Assembly (NCBI GenBank): GCA_044238145.1
Contig: JBIIDT010000004.1
Span: 2,317-66,316 of the forward strand
Source of the DNA: Pirellulales bacterium
GTDB taxonomy: Bacteria; Planctomycetota; Planctomycetia; Pirellulales; UBA1268
Reading direction: 5' to 3'
DNA length: 64,000 nucleotides
The position numbers and the translations under genes are program-made. Below the pieces are notes generated by a model. It had not been told where the DNA came from. It made no database searches and saw nothing but the letters and a program-made list of their open reading frames with translations. Of the stretch, positions 36,383 through 45,291 are shown piece by piece (position 1 is the first letter of the stretch; every line of letters begins with the position of its first letter).

Positions 36383-38080
36383 TCAGGAAGCGGATCGCGG
36401 GCCGCCCCGGTCCGCCGCGGGCGCCCGGTCGGCGGCCTTGCCCCGGGCGGGTCGGGCGGGCTTCTTCGGCGTGTGCCCGTTGCGGTCGGCCGCACCGGCC
36501 CAGCGGATCTCCAGCGGCATGCCGAACGCCTTCTCGAACAGGTCGGACCGCCGCTGCGCGCCCCACAGGTCGACCTGCGGCTCGGCCTCGGCCACGGCCT
36601 CGATGACGACGCGGCCGTCGGCCACCCGCACTACCGCGTCGCGAACCTGCTGCGAGCGGCTGCGGTCGAGGCCGCCGGCCACGCGGAGGATGGCCGCCAT
36701 CCGCCGCACCCGCTGCTGATCCGCCGCGGAGAGGCGGGCGAGGTTCTCGTGCTTCCGCTTGGGGTGTGCGCCGCGGTGGTAGCGGGCCACGTTCGCGATC
36801 AGTTCGAGGTCATGGGGCCGGACGCCGGGCAGGCGGCTGTTGCGGATCAGGTGGTAGCTGTGCTTGTGGTGCTGGTCGTAGTTGATGACGTAGCCCACGT
36901 CCTGGAGACGGGCCGCGCACTCAAGGAGCGGGCGGTCGCCGGCCGGCAGGTCGAGCGGGCCGGCGAGCTGCTCGAAGATCCGTCCCGCGAGCGTTGCCAC
37001 CGTGCGACCGTGCTCCAATTCGCCGGAGCAGGCCGCAGCGAGCCGTTCGATGGCCTCGGTGCGGAGGGCCGGGTCGTCGGCGGCCGCACCCCCGATGACC
37101 GCCTCGTCGATCATCTCGCGCACGAGCCCGTCGCGGACGCCCCGGGTGTGGATCAGGAGCGTGTTGACGCGGAACCGCCGGAGCAGGGCGTCGACGATCG
37201 TCAGCCCGGCGACGATGATGTCGGCCCGGTCGGGCGTCATTCCCGCCAGTCCGCGGCGGGCCCGCAGCGGCAGCTTGCGGAGCCGATCGAGGAGGTGGCG
37301 GACCTCGGCCTGGGAGACCTGGTAGCCCGCCACGGGCACGTCGGCCTGCCGCTTGGCGGCCATCACCAGCTCGGCGAGCGTGGTGAAGGTGCCGCCGCAG
37401 CCGACGAGGAAGTGCGGAGCGAACAGCGGCCGCGAGGTCCGCTTCTTGAGGGCGGCGGCCACCTCGTGCTCCAGCCGCTCGACACCCTGGTCGAACTCCG
37501 CCCCCTCGCAGCCCTCGCCGAGGCCGAACTGCTCGGTGAGCCGCACCGCGCCCAGCGGGGTCGAGAAGATCGACTCGATGAGGTTGCCCGTCGCGAACAC
37601 GAGTTCCGTGCTGCCGCCGCCGATGTCGGCCACGATCACGTTCTTGCCGGTCAGATCGAAGGCGTGCTGGACGCTGGCGAACGCGAGGCGGGCCTCGCGC
37701 TCGCCGGAGATCACCTCGACCTCGAGCCCGACCTGCTCGCGCACGCGGCGGCAGAACTCCGGCCCGTTCCGCGACTCGCGGACGGCGCAGGTGGCGATCG
37801 TCCGCAGGCTCGTCACCTGGTAGCCGGCGGCGATCTCCTTGAAGCTGCGCAGGGCCGCCAGCGTGCGGTCCATCGACTCCTCGTCGAGCCGGCCCTGCGA
37901 GGAGACGCTCCGCCCCAGTCGGGTGGGTTCCCGCTCCTCGTCGAGGATCCGGTAGTTGCCGCCGCGGAGCGCCTCGGCGACGAGCAGCCGCACACTGTTG
38001 GAGCCGATGTCGATGGCCGCCAGCCGGCAGGCCAGCTCGGCCGACAGGTAGATCTGCTTGTCCTCGACCGGCTGTTCCAT
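36383..38080 (-). CDS. ppx: Exopolyphosphatase / guanosine pentaphosphate phosphohydrolase family protein with HD domain
   Basis: AAIDIGSNSVRLLVAE, ADIGGGSTELV, and HD-type region GYVINYDQHHKHSYHLI. Start taken at MEQPVEDKQ (38080); the track ATG at 38125 is also possible. Confidence 0.88.
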   Translation of the reverse strand: MEQPVEDKQIYLSAELACRLAAIDIGSNSVRLLVAEALRGGNYRILDEEREPTRLGRSVSSQGRLDEESMDRTLAALRSFKEIAAGYQVTSLRTIATCAVRESRNGPEFCRRVREQVGLEVEVISGEREARLAFASVQHAFDLTGKNVIVADIGGGSTELVFATGNLIESIFSTPLGAVRLTEQFGLGEGCEGAEFDQGVERLEHEVAAALKKRTSRPLFAPHFLVGCGGTFTTLAELVMAAKRQADVPVAGYQVSQAEVRHLLDRLRKLPLRARRGLAGMTPDRADIIVAGLTIVDALLRRFRVNTLLIHTRGVRDGLVREMIDEAVIGGAAADDPALRTEAIERLAAACSGELEHGRTVATLAGRIFEQLAGPLDLPAGDRPLLECAARLQDVGYVINYDQHHKHSYHLIRNSRLPGVRPHDLELIANVARYHRGAHPKRKHENLARLSAADQQRVRRMAAILRVAGGLDRSRSQQVRDAVVRVADGRVVIEAVAEAEPQVDLWGAQRRSDLFEKAFGMPLEIRWAGAADRNGHTPKKPARPARGKAADRAPAADRGGPRSAS

Positions 38081-38191
38081 ACGCGCGGGATTCCTGCGGG
38101 ACGTCCCCGAAAGCATACCCTGCATTCAGTACACTGTCGGTTCCGGTGTGCCGACGCGCTGCCGGCCCGTTCCTCCTGCTTCGCCCGCCGC

Positions 38192-39184
38192 ATGGATCAC
38201 CCGTCAGCGCCCGCCGAGCCGGTCGTGTTCCCCGGCGCCGGCGGCTGGATCGCCGGGGATGGCGCGGCCGTGGCCGTGGGCAACTTCGACGGCGTGCACG
38301 TCGGGCACGCGGAGATCGTCCGCCGGCTGCGGGTCGCGGCCGACCGCCGCGGCGTGCCGGCCCTGGCGCTCACCTTCGATCCCCATCCGGCGAGCGTCGT
38401 GCGGCCCGGCACCGCGCCCGTGCCGCTGACCACGCCGGGGCGGCGTGTCGAACTGCTCCTGGCGCTCGGCCTCGACGCCGTGCTCGTGCAGCCGGTCGAT
38501 GCGCGGTTCGTGGCGGTCGCGGCCGAGGCCTTCTACCGCGACGTGCTCCGCGGCCGGCTGCGGGCGGTGGCGCTCGTCGAGGGGGCGGACTTTCGCTTCG
38601 GCGCGGGCCGCCGGGGCGACGTGGGCCTGCTCGCGGCGCTCGCCGCCGCCGACGGGGTGGCGGTCGAGGTGGTCGAGCCGGTCGTCGTGGGCGGGGAGGC
38701 CGTGTCGAGTTCGCGGGTGCGGGCGCTGGTCGCCGCCGGCGACCAGGCCGCGGCCAACCGGCTGCTCACCGCGCCGTACCGTGTCACCGGCACCGTCGTG
38801 CACGGGGCGCATCGCGGCGCCGGCCTCGGCTTCCCGACAGCCAACCTCGCCGGCCTGGCCACGCTCCTGCCGGCGCCGGGCGTGTACGCGGCGCGGGCCG
38901 CGGTCGTGGGCGGGAGCGAGTCGTATCCCGCCGCGGTGCACGTCGGGCCCAACGCCACGTTCGGTGCGACGGCCATCTCCGTCGAGGCGCACCTCGTCGG
39001 CTTCACCGGCGACCTGTATGGCAGCCGGCTCGACGTTGACTTCCTCGAGCGGGTACGTGACACTCGCCGCTTCGACTCGATCGACGAACTCGTCGACCGG
39101 ATGCGGGCCGACGTGGCCCGGGCCGCGGAGATCGCGGGTGGCATCCGGGCGACGTCCGCACCACGGAGCGAGCATGCGACTTGA
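38192..39184 (+). CDS. ribF: Bifunctional riboflavin kinase / FMN adenylyltransferase
   Basis: In-frame ATG at 38192 within track ORF 36377..39184. Motifs: VAVGNFDGVHVGHAEI, LTFDPHP, SSSRVR, GHRGAGLGFPTANL, VEAHLVGFTGDLYG. Confidence 0.9.
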   Translation: MDHPSAPAEPVVFPGAGGWIAGDGAAVAVGNFDGVHVGHAEIVRRLRVAADRRGVPALALTFDPHPASVVRPGTAPVPLTTPGRRVELLLALGLDAVLVQPVDARFVAVAAEAFYRDVLRGRLRAVALVEGADFRFGAGRRGDVGLLAALAAADGVAVEVVEPVVVGGEAVSSSRVRALVAAGDQAAANRLLTAPYRVTGTVVHGAHRGAGLGFPTANLAGLATLLPAPGVYAARAAVVGGSESYPAAVHVGPNATFGATAISVEAHLVGFTGDLYGSRLDVDFLERVRDTRRFDSIDELVDRMRADVARAAEIAGGIRATSAPRSEHAT

Positions 39185-40175
39185 CTGGGCGACCCTGTTG
39201 GAGACCCTGCGGTCCTGCCAGCGGGCGGTGCTGACGAGCCACGTGCGGCCCGACTGCGACGCGCTGGGCAGCGAGCTCGGCCTGGCCGGGATTCTCGCAG
39301 CCCTCGGCAAGGACGTGCGGATCGTCAACGCCCAGGCCACGCCGGCGAATCTGAAGTGGATCGATCCGGACAAGCGGATCGAGTCGCTCGCCGAGGGCGT
39401 GAAGCCGGCCGACCTCGCCGACCGCGACCTGTTCGTGGTCCTCGACACGAGCGCCTGGGCGCAGCTGGGCGCCATGGGCGACGTGGCCAAGGGGATGCGG
39501 GACAGGGTGCTCGTCATCGACCACCACGTCAGCGAGGACGACCTCTCCGACCGGTGGTTCAAGGACACCTCCGCCGAGGCGACGGCCCGCATCGTCTACG
39601 AGATCGGCCTCCGGCTGCGGGTGCCGCTCACCGAGCGGATCGCCACGCCGCTGTACGCCGGGCTGTCGACCGACACCGGCGGCTTCCGCTTCCCGTCGGC
39701 CAGCGGGGAGTCGTTTCGGATCGCGGCCCGGCTGGTTGACGCCGGGGCGAGCCCGACGGCGATCTACCGCGAGCTCTTCGAGCAGGATTCCCTCTCCCGG
39801 CTGAATCTCGTGGGCCGGACGCTGGCCGGTGCGACGACGACCCACGACGGCAAGGTGATCACGTCGACCGTCCGCCAAGCCGACATCCGCGACGTCAAAG
39901 CCCAGCCGAGCGACACCGAGGACCTCGTCAATCTGACGCTCGCGGTCAAGGGGACCGAGCTGGCCGTGATCCTCATCGAGCAGCCGGACGGGCGGATCAA
40001 GATCAGCTTTCGCAGTCGTGGGCCCGTCGACTGCAACGCCCTCGCCGCCCGGTTCGGCGGCGGCGGCCACAAGGCGGCCGCGGGCACGATCGTCGACGGG
40101 CCGTTCGAGACCGCGCGGGAGCGGATCGCCGCGGCGGTCGACGAGGCCTGGCGGGCGCGGCCGGTCGCCACCTGA
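39174..40175 (+). CDS. nrnA: DHH-family phosphoesterase (NrnA-type oligoribonuclease/pAp phosphatase)
   Basis: In-frame ATG at 39174 within track ORF 38445..40175, overlapping ribF by 11 nt. Motifs: SHVRPDCDALGS, VIDHHVS (DHH), TDTGGFRF, GGGGHKAAAG. Confidence 0.85.
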   Translation: MRLDWATLLETLRSCQRAVLTSHVRPDCDALGSELGLAGILAALGKDVRIVNAQATPANLKWIDPDKRIESLAEGVKPADLADRDLFVVLDTSAWAQLGAMGDVAKGMRDRVLVIDHHVSEDDLSDRWFKDTSAEATARIVYEIGLRLRVPLTERIATPLYAGLSTDTGGFRFPSASGESFRIAARLVDAGASPTAIYRELFEQDSLSRLNLVGRTLAGATTTHDGKVITSTVRQADIRDVKAQPSDTEDLVNLTLAVKGTELAVILIEQPDGRIKISFRSRGPVDCNALAARFGGGGHKAAAGTIVDGPFETARERIAAAVDEAWRARPVAT

Positions 40176-40191
40176 GGACGAGGAGCATCCG

Positions 40192-40731
40192 ATGACCAGG
40201 CGTGAACCGGCGGACCGGCGCGGATTCCTGACGAAGCTCGCGGCGGTCGCCTGCGGCGGCTTGGCGACGCTCACGCCCGTGGCCGCCGGCCTGTGGGCGT
40301 TCCTCGATCCGCTCCGGCGGCGGGGCGGGGGCGGACGGTTCCTCCCCGTGACCGAACTCGCGGCGGTGCCCGACGACGGCGTGCCGCGGCGGTTCGCGGT
40401 GGTCGCCGACCGCAAGGACGCCTGGACCGGCTATGCCTCCGAGCCGATCGGCGCGGTCTGGCTGCGGCGCGAGCCGGGGGCCGGGGCCGTGCAGGCCCTC
40501 TCGGCGACGTGCCCGCACGCTGGCTGCTCGGTCGACATGGCGCCGGGCGGCGGCTGCTTCCGCTGCCCCTGCCACAACAGCGAGTTCACCTTCGCCGGCG
40601 GGATCGTCCCGCCGAGCCCGAGCCCGCGGGCGATGGACGAGCTCGAGTGCCGGGTGGACGCGAACGGCGCCGTGGCCGTGCGGTGGGAGAAGTTCCGGGC
40701 GGGCGTCGCGGCAAAGGTGGCCCAGGCATGA
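40192..40731 (+). CDS. Rieske [2Fe-2S] protein of a cytochrome bc-type complex, Tat signal
   Basis: Twin-arginine leader MTRREPADRRGFLTKLAAVACGG. Cluster ligand boxes CPHAGC and CPCHNS. Confidence 0.88.
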   Translation: MTRREPADRRGFLTKLAAVACGGLATLTPVAAGLWAFLDPLRRRGGGGRFLPVTELAAVPDDGVPRRFAVVADRKDAWTGYASEPIGAVWLRREPGAGAVQALSATCPHAGCSVDMAPGGGCFRCPCHNSEFTFAGGIVPPSPSPRAMDELECRVDANGAVAVRWEKFRAGVAAKVAQA

Positions 40732-42788
40732 CTCCGTCCGGCGATCGCTCCGCGGCGTCCGGCAAGGGGCCGCTCGGCCGGCTGGCCGACTTCCTCGACG
40801 ACCGCACGGGCTGGCGGGGCCTCGTCCACGAGGCCCTCTTCGAGCGGGTGCCCGGCGGCGCGCGGTGGCGGTACGTGTGGGGCAGCACGCTCGTCTTCGC
40901 CTTCATGACGCAGGTCATCACCGGGCTCTTCCTGTGGGCCAACTACGCGCCCAGCGCCCAGACCGCCTGGGAGAGCGTCTATTACATCCAGCACGAGATG
41001 ACCGGCGGCTGGCTGCTCCGCGGCATCCACCACTTCATGGCCCAGGCGATGGTGGTGCTGCTCGCGCTGCACCTGCTCCAGGTGGTGATCGACGGGGCCT
41101 ACAAGGCGCCCCGCGAGGTGAACTTCTGGCTCGGTCTCGTGCTCATGATCCTCGTGCTCGGCATGGCGCTCACGGGCTACCTGCTCCCCTGGGACCAGAA
41201 GGGCTACTGGGCCACGATCGTGGCCACGAACCTCGCCGGCATCGTGCCCTTCGTCGGGCCCTCGCTGCAGTCGCTGGTGGTCGGCGGACCGGAGTACGGC
41301 CACCACACGCTGACGCGGTTCTTCGCCCTCCACGCCGGCTTCCTCCCGGCGACGCTGGTGCTGTTCCTGGTCGTCCACCTGGCGCTGTTCCGCAGGCACG
41401 GTCTCCATGCCAAGCGGCCGATCACGCGGCCCGACGCCATGTTCTGGCCCGACCAGGTGCTCAAGGACGCCGTCGCCATGCTGGCGGTGATGGCCGTGGT
41501 GCTCGGCGTGATCCTCGTGCCGGCGGTGCGGACCATGCTCGCGGGCGAAGCCGTCGACTGGGGGCATGTGGGGGCGGAACTGGGCGCCCCGGCCGACCCG
41601 TCGGAGTCCTACGCCGCGGCCCGGCCGGAGTGGTACTTCCTGTTCCTGTTCCAGTTCCTCAAGGTCTTCGAGGGCTGGGGGGCCACGGGCGAGTTCTTCG
41701 GCGCCATCGTCGTGCCGGGGCTGATCATGGCGGTCATGTTCCTGATGCCGATCATCGGCAACTGGCGGCTCGGCCACCGGTTCAACGTTGCCTTCACGCT
41801 GGGCATCATCGCCGGCGCGGCCCTGCTCACGGCCCTCGCCCTGAACGAGGACTACTGCTCCTTGTGGATCGACAAGGCCGCGCTCGCCGACGCCGCGAAG
41901 CTCCACGACGAGACCGGCGGTGACGAGGCGAAGATCGCCGCGGCCCTCGGCGACGATCCGGCGAAGATCGCGGCCATGCGGAAGCAACTCGCGAAGCTCG
42001 AGGCCTGGCAAAACTCGCACGCCTTCCTGGCCGCGGCCCGGCAGGCGAAGCTCGAGGCCGCCCGGGCGGTCGAACTGGCCGGCCGGCCGGAGCGGATCCC
42101 GCCCACCGGCGCCCTCGACCTCGTCCGCCGCGATCCGCTCCTCCGCGGCCCGAAGCTCTTCGGCCTGGCCGAGGGGAAGGACTGCGCGAGCTGCCACGCC
42201 CACGTCGATCCCGCGGCCCCCGAAGCCGCCACGCAGTTCGCCGCCGCCTCCGCCGCGAACCTCCACCGCTTCGGCACCGCCGCCTGGGTCCGCGGGCTCT
42301 TCGATCCGCAGCGGGTCGCCGGACCGGAGTACTTCGGCAACACGGCCCACAAAGACGGCGACATGGTGGCCTACGTCCGCGACGAGATGGCCGACCGCAC
42401 GAAGTGGAAGCCCGACGAGATCGAGGCGGTCGCGGTGGCGCTCGCCGCCGAGGCGGGCCTGCCGGATGCGGCGGCCACGGCGGCGCAGGTGGAGCGGGGC
42501 CGAGCCCTGATCGCCGACGGCGACCGCTGCGGCGCCTGCCACGAGTTCGGCGGCAACGGCACGGGCTTCGGCGCGGCACCCGACCTCACCGGCTGGGCCG
42601 GCCGCGAATGGCTCGTGGGGATCATCGCCGACCCGACGCACGAGCGGTTCTACGGCGACACGAACGACCGGATGCCGGCCTTTGAGAAGCTGCTCACCGC
42701 CGAGCAGATCGGCCTGCTCGCCGATTGGCTGCGGGGCGATTGGTATCGGCCCGCCGTCGCGCACGGGGCTGCCGATCCGGCGGAATGA
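40728..42788 (+). CDS. Cytochrome b (b6 plus subunit-IV-like) fused to a C-terminal di-heme cytochrome c domain
   Basis: ATGA overlap with the Rieske stop. RWRYVWGSTLVFAFMTQVITGLFL, LLRGIHHFMAQAMVV, LTGYLLPWDQKGYWA and HTLTRFFALHAGFLP. Additional TM helices follow, then two CxxCH motifs (CASCH, CGACH). Confidence 0.88.
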   Translation: MTPSGDRSAASGKGPLGRLADFLDDRTGWRGLVHEALFERVPGGARWRYVWGSTLVFAFMTQVITGLFLWANYAPSAQTAWESVYYIQHEMTGGWLLRGIHHFMAQAMVVLLALHLLQVVIDGAYKAPREVNFWLGLVLMILVLGMALTGYLLPWDQKGYWATIVATNLAGIVPFVGPSLQSLVVGGPEYGHHTLTRFFALHAGFLPATLVLFLVVHLALFRRHGLHAKRPITRPDAMFWPDQVLKDAVAMLAVMAVVLGVILVPAVRTMLAGEAVDWGHVGAELGAPADPSESYAAARPEWYFLFLFQFLKVFEGWGATGEFFGAIVVPGLIMAVMFLMPIIGNWRLGHRFNVAFTLGIIAGAALLTALALNEDYCSLWIDKAALADAAKLHDETGGDEAKIAAALGDDPAKIAAMRKQLAKLEAWQNSHAFLAAARQAKLEAARAVELAGRPERIPPTGALDLVRRDPLLRGPKLFGLAEGKDCASCHAHVDPAAPEAATQFAAASAANLHRFGTAAWVRGLFDPQRVAGPEYFGNTAHKDGDMVAYVRDEMADRTKWKPDEIEAVAVALAAEAGLPDAAATAAQVERGRALIADGDRCGACHEFGGNGTGFGAAPDLTGWAGREWLVGIIADPTHERFYGDTNDRMPAFEKLLTAEQIGLLADWLRGDWYRPAVAHGAADPAE

Positions 42789-42816
42789 GCCCGATGCGGC
42801 GCGTGCGAATGGGTGA

Positions 42817-42897
42817 CGGCTCGGGGACGATACGAGTTGCCTCGCTGATGGCCGCGGCGGCCATAGGCTCGGCATCCTCGCATCGATCCCCTTCGCC
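42817..42897. repeat. Family-2 intergenic hairpin repeat
   Basis: Contains TCGCTGATGGCCGCGGCGGCCATAGGCTC, identical to 9100-9128, with the palindrome at 42848-42864. The flanking arms 42817-42841 and 42871-42897 are largely complementary to each other. Confidence 0.6.
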
Positions 42898-42953
42898 TTC
42901 CCGCATGGGAATCGCGTCGTGAAGCAGCCCATGCCCGGCGTCGGAGACCTTGC

Positions 42954-43910
42954 ATGTCGATGAGACGATGGATGGCGATCGCAGCGGCGTTCCTGGTCGC
43001 GGCCACTGCGGCGTTCGCCGTCGAGCCGGCCGCACCGAAGCGGAAGGAGTCGCCCCCAGGGAGCGTGGCCGTCGCCTTCGCGGGCGACATCATGCTCGAC
43101 AACGGTCCCGGCCACGCGATCGCCTCGGGCCGCGACCCGTTCGCGGCCTGCGCGGAGCTCCTCCTCGACGCCGACTTCACGGTCGGCAACCTGGAGTGCG
43201 TGCTAGGGAAGGGGGGCCGGCAGGTGCTCAAGGAATACACGTTCCGTGCCGCCACCGATTCCCCCGCGCATCTGAAGCGGTATTTCTCGGCGGTTTCCGT
43301 CGCCAACAACCACGCCATGGACTTCGGGCCCGACGGGCTCGTGGAGTGCCTGCGGATCCTGGCGGCCGAGGGCATCCCGCAGGTGGGTGGCGGCACGAAC
43401 CTGCCGGCGGCCCGGCGGCCGCTCGTGCTCGAGAAGTACGGCATCACGGTGGCGCTCGTCGCCGCCAACGGCTTCCAGGCGGCGAAGTCGGCCGCGGGAG
43501 AGGCGACGCCGGGCGTCGCGCCCCTGGATGAAGCGGCGATCCTCGCCGACGTCGCCGCCGCCCGACGTGACGCCGACTTCGTGGTCCCGTTCGTCCACTG
43601 GGGGCCGGAACTCGTCGCCCAGCCCCGCGCGGCGGATCGCGCTCTGGCCCGGAAGATGATCGACGCGGGGGCCGCGGCCGTGATCGGCGGGCATCCGCAC
43701 GTCACGCAGACGGTGGACGTGCACGCCGCCGCGCCGATCGTCTACAGCCTCGGCAACTTCGTGTTCGACTATTACCCGGTCGATCCGCCGGAGTGGACGG
43801 GCTGGGTCGCGCGGCTGACGTTCGCCAAGGGCAAGCCGGTCGCCCTCGAGACCCATGCCGTCGTCCTCGACGCCGCCGGCCTGCCCCGGCCCGCCCGCGA
43901 GGAGGACTGA
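42954..43910 (+). CDS. CapA-family (PGA_cap) metallophosphatase-like protein, secreted
   Basis: Signal peptide MSMRRWMAIAAAFLVAATAAFA. Motifs: FAGDIMLDNG, GNLECV, SVANNHAMDFG, HWGPE, VIGGHPHV, YSLGNFVFD. Confidence 0.8.
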   Translation: MSMRRWMAIAAAFLVAATAAFAVEPAAPKRKESPPGSVAVAFAGDIMLDNGPGHAIASGRDPFAACAELLLDADFTVGNLECVLGKGGRQVLKEYTFRAATDSPAHLKRYFSAVSVANNHAMDFGPDGLVECLRILAAEGIPQVGGGTNLPAARRPLVLEKYGITVALVAANGFQAAKSAAGEATPGVAPLDEAAILADVAAARRDADFVVPFVHWGPELVAQPRAADRALARKMIDAGAAAVIGGHPHVTQTVDVHAAAPIVYSLGNFVFDYYPVDPPEWTGWVARLTFAKGKPVALETHAVVLDAAGLPRPAREED

Positions 43911-43924
43911 CGGGCTCCCGTCAG
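43907..43924. terminator. Hairpin spanning both stop codons of the convergent capA-like and gdh genes
   Basis: CTGACGGG-CT-CCCGTCAG, a perfect 8-bp inverted repeat. The capA-like TGA (43908-43910) lies in the left arm and the gdh stop (complement of 43921-43923) in the right arm. No U-tract. Confidence 0.3.
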
Positions 43925-45156
43925 GCCACGCCGCCGAGGACGGTGGCCCGGGCCACGCGGCCGACGCCGAGCATGTAGGCCGCCGTCCGCAGCGGCACCT
44001 TCCGCGAGCCGGCCAGCTGCCAGACCTGCTCGAAGGCCTCGCCCAGGATCCGGTCGAGCTCCTGCCGCACGCGGTTGATGCCCCACTGGTAGTGCTGCCG
44101 GTTCTGTACCCATTCGAACCAGCTCGCCGTCACGCCGCCGGCGTTGGCGAGGATGTCGGGGAGGACGACGATGCCCTTGCCTTCGAGGATCTCGTCGGCG
44201 TCGGGCTCCGTCGGCGCGTTGGCCCCTTCCACGATGATCGGCGCCCGCACCGCGGCGGCGTTGGCCGCTGTGAGCACGCCGCCGAGCGCGGCCGGAATCA
44301 GCACGTCGCAGTCGAGCGCGAGCAGCTCCGCGTTCGTGACCGGGTCGCCGCCGGAGAAACCGTCCAGCCGGCCGCCGTGGGCGTGGGCGTGCCGCAGGAG
44401 TTCGAGGACGTCGAAGCCCTCGGGCCGGTGGAAGCCGCCGCCGGCGTCGCTCACCGCCACGATCAGGCACTCGGCGTCGTGGAGGAACTTCGCGGTGTGG
44501 GAGCCGACGTTGCCGAAGCCCTGGATGGCCACCCGCGTGCCGGGAATGCGGCGGCCGAGCCGGCTCAACAGCTTGAGCGTCAGCGCGCCGACGCCGCGGC
44601 CCGTCGCCTCCTCGCGGCCGGGGATGCCGTGGTACTCGACCGGCTTGCCCGTCACGCAGGCGGGCGCGAAGCCGTGATAGCGGCCGTACTGGTTCATGAT
44701 CCAGGCCATCGTGTCGGCCGTGGTGCCCATGTCGGGCGCCGGGATGTCGACGTCGGGGCCGAAGAGGTCGTGGATCGCGTCCACGAACCGGCGGGTCACC
44801 CGCTCCAGTTCCCGTTGCGACCACTTCGACGGGTCGATCGACACGCCCCCCTTCGCGCCGCCGTACGGGATGTCGACGACGGCCGTCTTCCAGGTCATGA
44901 GCGAGGCCAGGGCGCGGACCTCGTCGAGATCGACGTGGGGGTGGTAGCGCAGCCCCCCCTTCATCGGCCCCCGGGCGTCGTTGTGCTGCACGCGGTAGCC
45001 GATGAGCGTCGCCAGTTCGCCCGAATCCCGCTCGATCGGGATCTGCACCTGCACCTCGCGCTTCGCCGTGAGCAGGAGCCGCCGCATGCTCTCGGAGAGG
45101 TCGAGCTGATCGGCCGCCCGGTCGAAGTAGATCCGGGTGGCTTCGCTGGCGCGCAT
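43921..45156 (-). CDS. gdh: Glutamate dehydrogenase
   Basis: The start [18 protein letters not shown] (ATG complement at 45156) is in frame with track ORF 43921..48006. Motifs: [16 protein letters not shown] (catalytic Lys), GFGNVGSH (Rossmann), [16 protein letters not shown]. Confidence 0.92.
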   Translation of the reverse strand: MRASEATRIYFDRAADQLDLSESMRRLLLTAKREVQVQIPIERDSGELATLIGYRVQHNDARGPMKGGLRYHPHVDLDEVRALASLMTWKTAVVDIPYGGAKGGVSIDPSKWSQRELERVTRRFVDAIHDLFGPDVDIPAPDMGTTADTMAWIMNQYGRYHGFAPACVTGKPVEYHGIPGREEATGRGVGALTLKLLSRLGRRIPGTRVAIQGFGNVGSHTAKFLHDAECLIVAVSDAGGGFHRPEGFDVLELLRHAHAHGGRLDGFSGGDPVTNAELLALDCDVLIPAALGGVLTAANAAAVRAPIIVEGANAPTEPDADEILEGKGIVVLPDILANAGGVTASWFEWVQNRQHYQWGINRVRQELDRILGEAFEQVWQLAGSRKVPLRTAAYMLGVGRVARATVLGGVA

Positions 45157-45291
45157 GGGACGAGTCCTTCGGGGCGGGGCCGGGCGGGGCTGGGGAATCG
45201 TACCGGGGCCGGCGCCGGCCCCACAAGGAACCGCGGCGCGGCGGCGGCGGGCGGAACTCGCTACCATGCGGGCAGTCGAGACACCCGCACG

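Noticed and set aside
42954-45156. Functional link between the capA-like gene (poly-gamma-glutamate capsule family) and the adjacent glutamate dehydrogenase.
   Set aside because: The genes are convergent, not co-transcribed. No capB/capC partners are present, and orphan CapA-like metallophosphatases are common. The adjacency is most likely coincidental.
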